Source of the DNA: Octopus sinensis
Lineage: Eukaryota
DNA length: 64,000 nucleotides
Reading direction: 5' to 3'
NCBI RefSeq assembly: GCF_006345805.1
Contig: NC_043003.1
Coordinates: 2,728,001 to 2,792,000, forward strand
The notes beneath the pieces were generated by a model. The model had not been told where the DNA came from and ran no database searches. It saw only the letters and a list, made by a program, of their open reading frames with translations. Positions 12,910-23,800 of the stretch are shown piece by piece. A program made the position numbers and the translations under genes. Position 1 is the first letter of the stretch, and each line of letters begins with the position of its first letter.

Positions 12910-13609
12910 AGTTATTGCTTCTAGCTAGCACCCACGTTACATGACTTACTCCCGCAAATCTCGAAGGGCCTAAATAAAAGGAGCCATTCTTTGTCCTCAA
13001 CACTGGCCAATGCATCATTTTTATTTACCCTATTTGCCAGCAGGAATGTGATTATAAAGGGATTTAGTTGCTCTTTCTAACAAATCGAGTGACTAAAGAG
13101 CTCAACAAATTGCTTTCGCTTTTATCTGTTTGGTTCCTAACCATCGTCTGATGGAACAGATCTTTGATCAGACAATCCAGACGTGACCACCACCACCGTC
13201 TTTCTTTCTTTCTTTTTTTCAGGTCGTCTTTCCCTTGAAGACGGTAGGATGTGATTCCCTCGCATACAAAGTGAACCATCACGAAAATAAAGGGCCGTAA
13301 CTAAACACTGTAAAGCGGTCCTAGTTCCACAATGAAATCCCGCCTTCACCTTTCATTTTCTTTAAGGATCAATAAAATAAAGAAACAAATTCGAGGAACG
13401 ATTTAAACCTTATGCTGTCCAAAGAATTTTCCTGCTAGTTTTCAAATTTTTAGCCCTTCTTGTTCTGGGTACTACAAAGCTTTCCTTTCATAAGTCCTAT
13501 GTGTGTCAGATATGATGTACAAAGCCCAAGGGAAATGGTCTTGTGTATCATGTGATATACAGGACCAGCAGGTAGTCCTACACACCTGTCTTCCTCACCT
13601 ACATCCAAG

Positions 13610-13837
13610 GGGTACTACTAGCGAACGGTGGTCCCGGTGCGCGCACACGCACTAGCTAGTCGTAAGTAGTCGATCCTACAACGACTACCTAGCAAAGTAA
13701 ATAAAACACAAAATAAATAATTTTTGTTAAACAAAGTCAATAACACACAAAAACACAACGTAAGGATCGACCAGTCATGACTAGCTGGCGCGGTAGCGCG
13801 AGTACGCGCACCGGGACCACTGTTCTCAAATAGTACC
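13610..13837. mobile_element. Same MITE family as 11034-11273; copy 2
   Basis: Same TIRs and A-rich core; flanking direct repeat CATCCAAG. Confidence 0.8.
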
Positions 13838-14389
13838 CATCCAAGATTTTGTGGCCTCGTAACTTACTGAAAAAAGGATACTTTTTGATAAAATTTGCTA
13901 CACTTTTCAGATGGTATAGATTAGGATTATATCAGAATTTAATGCAAATGGTGGGCACACACACCTACTCACATAAATCGTATTTTTACGAAACTTCAAG
14001 TTTCATTTTGTATATAGGCCTATGTGATGTCAGTGTGTCCACCCTTTTATTTTTTGGGGGGTTTTTTCATGTAAAATTCCGATATAATCGTAATCGACAT
14101 CATCTGAAAGAAATTTGCAGAAAATTTTATGAAAAAATATCGATTTTTCTGAAAGTTATGAGGAAACATAGATCACTGAGGGTAGACGGACGGGTGGGGA
14201 GTTAATATGCCTGTAAGCCATCCGGGATGTGATTGGGATTATCAGATAAGAAGAAGACCAGGTCGAAACCTCCGTCGCTAGTTTTATTTTCTGTTTTAAA
14301 ACGTTGTTATTGTTTACGTTTAATGAGTTTCACTAATTAACTCCCTTATTAGCTCCCTTCTTTAATAATGGAGGGACAACCGCAAAACA

Positions 14390-14393
14390 CCGC

Positions 14394-14424
<31 letters not shown>

Positions 14425-14529
14425 CATACACACATATATATATATACACATACATATACATATACACACACACTTACACACATATATATATACACATACT
14501 TACACACACACACACATATATATATATAT

Positions 14530-14594
<65 letters not shown>

Positions 14595-14602
14595 CACACA
14601 CA
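14390..14602. repeat. Mixed (AC)n/(AT)n microsatellite
   Basis: Directly visible. Confidence 0.95.
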
Positions 14603-15029
14603 CAAGGCTTTTAGACGAAAATGGAATATTTCGCTTAGTTTCATACTAAAAAAAAAATCATATTTCCCACAGTTTTTGGCAGCATCGATGGATGAATGTA
14701 ATTAGAACGATGCAAATAAATGCAACATAAAAATAATAATAATAATAATAACGATGGGTTTAAATGTGGTGCAAACAGAAATGGACAGAAAAGGAGAAGA
14801 TTGCATTAGATTCAGCAGGAATCGTTTAGATCGCTGTTTCTCTCCATCGGATGTGGAATAAACAGAAATGTAAGGAATGGAGCGTGCAACGCAGTTAATT
14901 AGAAATGCAACAGTTACAGAATTTAAAACAGAGAAACATAAATGTCGACATTAAAGAGAAATAGATTGGAAAAAGGAAAATAAATGAAAGCACTTTGGAT
15001 GATGAAGGATCGAATGAATAAACTTCCAC

Positions 15030-15760
15030 TGACCATTTTAGTATTTGCAATCCATTTCCTAAGCTAAGAAGCTTTGCGTATGAGGCTCGGGTCAGGCTTT
15101 TTTGTACACAATCGCAATGGCCCTGTGGAGAGTGAGGTCGTCCTTGAGTCTGCAGAACCAGAGTTTCGCTTCGGATTTTGGGGGAAGAAGGAAAAAAGCA
15201 GCAGAAATATTCGACGTTGTTATTTGCGTAATACGCTTCTTTGATTCTTCGATGTTGTATCTTATATTAGGATATCCAGATCTTGAGGTTTACCGTCGAC
15301 AGGAACCCCAAAACGACGATGCTTCCGTCGAACAACAACGATCGTGTTACCAATTCCTTCGGTTCTCTTATCTTTTTTTTTTTCTTGCAATAATATCGAT
15401 AATATTCCTTAAAAACTGTGGAAATCCTGATATTGGAAGAAACGAAACTGGCAGAAAGCTGTCATGAACTGAACACACAACAACTGTTGTTAATAGCAGC
15501 AGAATTGGTGGGTCTGGTTGGGTTTAGTCGGGAGGAGAACGGGAGAGAGCCTCGACAGCCGAGAAGCCTGCGCCATGACACCTTCCAACAGATTCTATTT
15601 ATACATCGCAGCCAGACGGGCCTGCTTCCGGTAGCCTCGCACCCAACCACTAACGGCCGTTCTGATTGGTGGAGAATTTTAAGCGGGTCACGTTGTTACT
15701 TCTCATCGCCGAGCAACTCGATATTATTAACCTCCTCCGATATTTACGTCGGCTGCTTTC
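15030..15760 (-). promoter_or_regulatory. CpG-rich putative promoter and first exon, probably of the MBT gene
   Basis: CpG density is well above background, with a CCAAT box (CTGATTGG near 15662). AAAATG|GTCAGT at 15036-15028 is phase-compatible with exon 7395, and T-rich intron-like sequence follows on the minus strand. Confidence 0.4.
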
Positions 15761-15764
15761 ATAC

Positions 15765-16603
15765 ACACACACACACACACGCATTCATATACACATACAT
15801 GCATACGTACATACATACATGCATACGTACACACATACACACATACATACACGCATACATACATACATACATACATACATACACACATACATACACGCAT
15901 ACATACATACATACATACATACACACATACATACATACATACAAACATACATACATGCATACATACATACACACATACATACATACATACAAACATACAC
16001 GCATACATATATACATACATACATACATACATACACGCATACATACATACATACATACATACACACATACATACATACATACATACATACATACATACAT
16101 ACACACATACATACACGCATACATACATACATACAAACATACACGCATACATATATACATACATACACACATACATACACGCATACATACATACATACAT
16201 ACATACACACATACATACATACATACATACATACATACATACACACATACATACACGCATACATACATACATACATACATACACACATACATACATACAT
16301 ACAAACATACATACATGCATACATACATACACACATACATACATACATACAAACATACACGCATACATATATACATACATACATACATACATTCACGTAC
16401 ATACATACATTCACATACATACATACATAGATGCATACATACATACGTGCACACACACATACATACATACATACATACAAGCATACATACATACATAAAT
16501 AACATACATACATGCATGCATTCATACGTACGTACATAACACACATACACACATAAACACACACATACATACATACATACACATACATACATACATACGT
16601 ATA
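15765..16603. repeat. Long (ACAT)n compound microsatellite with an internal 360-bp duplication
   Basis: Lines 15901/16261 and 15961/16321 are identical. This repeat explains the spurious 220-370 aa ORFs. Confidence 0.95.
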
Positions 16604-17689
16604 TATATCTTTTTACTTGTTAGTCATTGGACTGCGGCCGTGCTGGGGCAATGCCTTTAAGGGTTTTTAATCGAAACAAATCGAGCCCAGTACTTATTTT
16701 ATTTTTTAGCGTAGTACTTAGTCTATCGTCTTTTTTTGTCGAACGGCTAAATTACGGGGACATAAACAAACAAACGCCGGTGGAGGGGGGAGAACGAAGC
16801 ACAAAGACATGCATATGGATATATGCACACCCATGTATGTATGTATCCAACGGGCTTCTAACCATGCACACATAATGCATGCATGCATACATACAAACAT
16901 ACATACATACAAACATACATACACACACACATACATACACACACACATACATACACACACACACACATACATACATACATACATACTTACACACATACAT
17001 ACATACCCTGTTGTTGCTGTTGAACTTCCAGTGAAGGAACCTTGGATCTGGGTTAGAAACCGGTTCTTTCTCCCTTGGAAAGAAATCTTGAAATAAAAGC
17101 GAACAATGGCATAGATACAACTTTTACTTTTTTTTGGCGCTTTTAGAATAAAAATCGAACGAGGAAGAATTATGGATTTGTCTCTGACTTTAAGACAATT
17201 TAATTTACATTTGCAACAATTAAACGATCATTTAAATAAGATTTGCTGAGATTGTTGCGTCGTGTCAACCTCAGCTGATTCCGATTTGAAATTAAATTGG
17301 TTTTAATTTGTTACAAGTGATTCTTTAATAAATTTTATTACTTCTTTATAAAAAGTGATTGCGGGAATTAGTTATCCGAAAATATTGCATATTAATAATT
17401 TTATTACGATTATTCAGAATAAAATAATTTTTAAAAAATTACATTATATTCTACGAGACATTCCTTAATTCCCTCCACACACACATACAAAAAAAAAGCC
17501 ACGAATAGTTCTTTATTTAAAAAAAACACCAGCTTCGAGCATTCAGTTTTATTTTCAGTTGGAAGTACATTAGTTATGTTTTTCTATTTTGTGATAATGT
17601 GTGATTTGAGGGAGGTTTAGCTGCTGTTACTAGCAAATCATGGCTAGTCCCTCCCTCTCGCTAAGTAACCATTACGACTGTCTCATTAA

Positions 17690-17691
17690 GA

Positions 17692-17722
<31 letters not shown>

Positions 17723-17810
17723 ATGTTGCTGTTGCTGCTCTGACTGCTGCTGCTGCTGTTGTGGTGGTGCTTGTTGGCGCATGCGTACTATAAACTTCTG
17801 GTGGAACCAT
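17690..17810. promoter_or_regulatory. WBP4 promoter/5' region with a (CTG)n tract and NRF1-like palindrome GCGCATGCG (17777-17785)
   Basis: The motif is directly visible about 25 bp upstream of the split start codon; function is inferred. Confidence 0.5.
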
Positions 17811-20800
17811 GTAAGTTTCTCTTGGCTCTCATCTCAGACCAATTCCTTAAAGAGTTTTGCTTTATTTTCCTCCTTTAAGAACAAATATTTAATAAATAAC
17901 TTAAAATTACGAAAAGAGAGTGGCGTAAAAGAAAAAAACACTTTGAAAAGCATATTCATATTTAATAAGAATGAAATTAGCCCTCATAATATTTCAATTA
18001 TGAAGAATATTTCCAACTTGTGTTCTTCAGAATATTGTTGATTCTTCTCATTATCTCTGAGAACTTCTTATAACTTATAAATTGCATTAAAATTATTATT
18101 GTTATTATTTGCCATAATTAACTAAACCCGTTTTTAAAATCGATAATTGAAACCTAGATTTATTGTAATTTTTTCACCGAAAATAATAATAATTATCATA
18201 ACAAAAAATAATTAAGGATGACCTCCCAGACCTCCAATTAAATTAAATTTTGTATTCGAATTAATAATTTCTTAATTGAAGTATTGCTTAATAGATTTGG
18301 TTTTGTAGGAGCGGAGATTATGCCAGGCAAATCGGTTTTTTTTTTTTGTTGAAATCGTTCATTTGTTGACATTCTTTGCATCTTTTACAAATAACAGGTT
18401 CGTTTTAAAAACAACACTGCTTATAAGTTAAATCGTCAATACTCTTATGATTTTTTATAATTTATCTGCAAGTTTAGGTGTAGGCCGACCTTCTTTCTTC
18501 AGTCCAACCCTCTGTTGTCAAATACTGAAGAAAATTACTTGATCAAGGAGTGATCAGCCCTATTCACCGGAGTGGACCCTAGCAGCTCTTTCGACTCTAT
18601 CTACAGGAAGAGATGAACTCGGCACTGCATGTCAACGAATTAAGTTTTATAGGGTTATAGCTGCGAGTTGTTCCTATGGGACCTATTTTTAGCAAGAAGG
18701 ACTGGACGTTTCTGAAGTGTCTTGTCCTTAGACACAACGCAGAGCTAACACGCTGATTTCTGATCAAGTTGCCTAGATAGCCTTATCCGCTTTTCACCTG
18801 GGCTCTGAGTCAACCTTGTTTTTATTGAAACCCGTTCTTAATAGTTCAGATTTTTGTACATAGTGCTTAATACTAGTTATCCTTTTGAAATTGAATCTTG
18901 CTCTTGTTAATAAATGCCCCAAACAATCTGTATTAAGTCAGTACCATCTTAAAGTATTGACACACTGGACAGTTGCCCGGAGGCCTCGGTGATGTAGGGG
19001 CCCAATTCTAGTCTTGATATACTGTGGCTTAGTGTTAAATAAACATTATAGGACTTCGTGCATTGATTTTTCCCAAGGGCCTAGCATGCTACTAAGACAA
19101 CCCTACATTGAGAACATCATTTCTTCTCTGAAGTTATCCTAGGTGACTTCAATATTCAACACTCCTCTTAGATCTGACACTGGTACAGACGTTGCTTGTT
19201 TCTGCCATTCTAAATTCTCTACAAGCAACAATTAATGTTTTCACCTATTCATAAGTGAAAATCAACCATTTCAAATGGTTGATCACTTTCTCATGACCAA
19301 TTCCAGCCTTTAACTAAACCATTACTGTCCTTGTAACTATCAGATTGTCCAACCACAGACCAACCCTAGCTACCCACCACGTACCCATGGACTTCAAGTC
19401 AGCTATTTAGTTGGTGCTCGACCAGTTTCACACTAACTACTCTCCCTGTGGAAGCAAACGTGTTTCAATGCTGACATAGCAAAGACAGCATCACCATCAT
19501 GCAAGCAACATTGTTTGTTTCTAGTCTCCCATGAAAAACATGTCTGGCCATGGGGAAATATTACCTGGCTTGGGAACAGGGAGGGCATCAGGCTGTAGAA
19601 GACAACCTGGCAACCACACCTGCATCTATGCATGCCTACATACAAACAGACAAAGGAAATGGATATAAGCTACAGTTAATGTAATAACATAATGAACTTT
19701 TTATAGGATAACACTGAATTTAAATACTAATATGAGAAACTTTGTGTGACTGAATGAAAACATTGACAAGGTAATCTATAAAGGTAACATAAGCTAACAT
19801 ATGTAATATAAAGATAATGTTAGCTAACATATGTAATATATATAAAGATAATGTTAGCTAACATATGTAGTATATATGGTTAGAGCGTCGAGCTTACAAT
19901 CGTGAGGTTGTGAGTTCGATTCCCGGACCGGGCTGCGTGTTATGTTCTTGAGCAAGACACTTTATTTCATGTTAACTCAGCTGTAGAAATGAGTTGTGAC
20001 ATCATTGGTGCCAAGCTGTATCGGCCCCTTTGCGCACAGTGGTGTGGAGAGGGGAGGCTGGTATGCATGGGTGACTGCTGGTCTTCCACAAACAACCTTG
20101 CCTGGACTTGTGTCACAGAGGGTAACTTTCTAGGTGCAATCCCATGGTCATTCATGACTGAAGGGGGTCTCCTCCTCAATGTTAGCTAACATATGTAATA
20201 TATATACAAAGGTAACGTAAGCTAACAAATTCGTTTTTCTAAAGGATACTTAAAATCTGTGTAATGTAATGTTGGTTCCTATTTTTTTCCTGCTTTGTCG
20301 CAGAAGTCTGGTGCAGGCTCCTGCCTGACCGGCTCTTGTGAAACCGTCCCACCCATGCCAGCATAAAAGGCAGACGTTAAATGATGATGATGACGATGAT
20401 GTACATTTTTTTTAGGGCTGATTATTGGAAATCCCAGCCAAGGAAGTTTTGTGAATTCTGTAAATGTTGGCTTACTGAAAATAAACCAGTTGAGTATAAG
20501 TTTTGGCCAATTTCATTTTGCCATTTTGATATTTATTATTTTGTTATTGTTTGATATCTGTTTGCATTTGGGTTTTGCAGTCATTCACAGAGCAACCATG
20601 GGTTGAGGCTGTGTGCAGGCACAGGGATGTGGCTGTGTGGTCAAGAGATTTGCTTCCCGCTCGTATGGTTTTGGGTTCACTTCCACTTGTCTGGCACTTT
20701 GGGCAAGTGTCATCTGCTAGAGCCCTGGACCATTGTGACTGGATTTGACAGATGGAAACTGAATGAAGCCCATCATGTGTGCGGGTGCATGTGCGTCTTG

Positions 20801-23800
20801 TTTCAGTCATCATTAGACCATGGCCATGCTGGGGCATCAACCTCAGTCTTTTTTTTTTAAGCCTCGTACTTATTCTGTTATCTTTCATCTTTTACTCATT
20901 CCAGTCTTTGCACTGTGGCCATGCTGGGGCACTGTCTTGCAGAATTTCTACTCAAACTTATTTTTTAAGCCTGGTACTGATTCTGTTGGTCTCTTTTTGC
21001 CGAACCACAAAATAAAGAAACCAAACTCTATGATGTTTCCATCTATCAAATCCACTCACAAAGCTTTGGTTGGCCTGCGACTGTTATAAGAGTAAAAATA
21101 ATATTTCTTCCACATAATTAAATGAAGGCAAACAGAATGCTATTATTTTTCATGACAGAAATAAACTATAGTCTAATGGCTGTTATTCACTTTAAATATT
21201 TCTACACTTGCAAATTCCTGCCTATTTGAGAAAAAAACAAATGAAATGATTTTAAATTTAAAAACATTTTTTTCAGAGTATCGAATTTCATGAGAAGGGA
21301 AAACGTCATCAAGAAAATGTGCGGAAGAAAATTGATACAGTTAGTAAAAATTTCTTATATTTTTCTCAACTATTTCAAATCTAGATGTATAATGTTTAAT
21401 ATTTCTATTTCATTAAACCTTCAGTATTTAATCCAACTTTATCTGGCCCCAAAACTCTACCCATTCTATGTTGATCCTGGCCATATCCAATCTCTCACAC
21501 ATTCACCACAATGTCATTCTAAAAATTTACAATCACATTATTGAAATCCCAGAGCTACAAGATAATAAAGGATTAATTCAAAATGATCTAACTAAATCAA
21601 ACTCGGTGACTGGCATCCATACTAGTGAAGTGCTAAGAGTACCATTATGAGTGAGATCGTTGCCAGAGCAACAAGCTGGCCCTTGTGCCAATGGCACTTT
21701 AAACACACCATTTGAGCGTGATCGTTACCGCATCGCCTTACTAGCACTTGTGCTGGTGGCATGTGAAACATTCGAGTGAGGTCGTCACCAGTGCCACTGG
21801 ACTGGCTCCTGTGCAGGTGGCACATAAAAAGCACCATTTGGGCATGGCCGTTGCCAGTACCACCAAACTGGCCTTTGTGCAGTTGGCACGTAAAAGCACC
21901 CACTACACTTTCGGAGTGGTTGGCATTAGGAAGGGCATCCAGCTGTAGAAACTCTGCCAGATCAGATTGGAGTCTGGTTCGGCAGACCTCAATCAAATCG
22001 TCCAACCCATGCTAGCATGGAAAGCGGACGTTAAATGATGATGATGATGATGATAACTAAATAAGATTACGTTTAACAGGATAATCTGAATGCCAAAGGT
22101 CTGATGTGGCCCCCTTTTTCTCTTCTAAATAATTTGAATAAGCAGTAAATATTTTAAGGGGTTGTTGTTATGGTTGTTAGGCCATCGATCTGCTCCAAGT
22201 ACATAGAGGATCAAGTGTGTTCCAACTATGACCATCCCAAATCTTTTATCCAAGCATAGGACTGTCTTATCCAATGTGTCATGTCCTTCTTAAAGATGGT
22301 ATAATTTGAGGAAAATTTTGTTACGGATTGAAGCAGGATGAGTAAATGTATAAGGAATAAAGACAGCAAGATGAAGGGAATGAAGTCAGGTGTAGGAAGT
22401 CGCAATTAGGCCTGAAGCTAATTCCCACACGTGCCTCCTTGCCAAAATGTGATTTCAACTCAAAATTCCTACATTCAAGTGTTGAATGTAGCTTAATGCG
22501 TATCGTTTGTAAAATATAGTATCATTAATATTTGAAATCACACCACATTGAGTATTTTCTAGCAAATAAGTTGCTTTAAATTACAATATTTGCGTCATCT
22601 GACCCGAATAAAGATCATTTGGAATTTCAGAGGAGAAAAATGCTTGCACCTTGAATTGATATTCTAAAGCCAAGGTGTTCTGTAAAGAGCATTGGTGATG
22701 GTGCCTTGTGAAAAGCACCCAGTACACTCTCTAAAGTGGTTGGCATTAGGAAGGGCATCCAGCTATAGAAACCAAGCCAAAACCAGGCTATGGAACCTGG
22801 TGCCGCCTTATGAGCTCCTGTCAAGCTGTCCAAACCACACCAGCATGGAAAATGGTATTTAAATGATGGTTAATGATGATGTGTGTCTGCCTGCACACCT
22901 GTATCCGTGTCTGTCTCCAACAGTAAGGAATACTGAGCCCAAAAATAACTTCTATTTATTCTTCCCAGGTTATAAACCCCCACCTCATCGTTATTGCCTT
23001 CATCATAAATACAGTGGAACAATGCTTACTCTGATGGAGACCCGTAAGCAACGACACTAGTTTTCACAAAAATCAATCATATAAGAAAAAATATGACAAA
23101 GTCTGCAAATTTATAAGCATGTGACTTGATTCAGTTTCAACAACAAAATAGTTGACTTCTTTGTCACTTGAAGGCATTTCCTTTGCAAACTTTAACATAA
23201 TTGTTTACATTACGGCACATCATATCTTTTCACATGATTTGACATATTTTGACATATCCACAAAACATTGTTTATGAAAACAATACAAGTTTCATCACAT
23301 TGCTTTGTTCTTCAAGTTACTATATTGGCAGGTAGCACTCAATGCTGTTATTTATTCAGAAACTCAGGTGTAGAATGAGACCCATAAGTGGATGTGACAA
23401 CCTTTCTAGTGTGCCAGCGTCACAATAATATGCACCCAATATGCTCTGTTAAGTGGTTGGAGTCAAAAAAGGCAACCGGTATAGAAACCATGCTGAATAT
23501 AGAATGTACAAAGAAGATGTGTTCCATACTGGAAGACAGTTAGCCTCAACATGAACTAATTTAGATTGTGACAATCAGTGAAATCTATGCAAGCCAGAAG
23601 AATTAGTAGCAATGATGATTGTTAACAGCAACAATGCCAACATCGCAATAACTGGCATTTCCCTTGTCTTTGGGCTGTTGAATATAAAGTGATCGGTGAG
23701 AATTGGTACACAAGATGGATGTACTATTGTATGCTTCCTTAAATCAATTTAAATATATTTGGTGGCATGAAATTCTTTGTGGGGGGGGGGAGATTTTTTG

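Noticed and set aside
15418-16592. Longest ORFs in the track (221-373 aa, HTYI/MYVC repeats)
   Set aside because: They are translations of an (ACAT)n microsatellite that lacks stops in most frames. The same applies to the ORFs at 14349-14649, 16718-17120, 46475-47384 and 55893-56292.
21295-21297. WBP4 Lys (AAG) where human has Arg, as an editing candidate
   Set aside because: A conservative K/R change that is common without editing, so it is not diagnostic.
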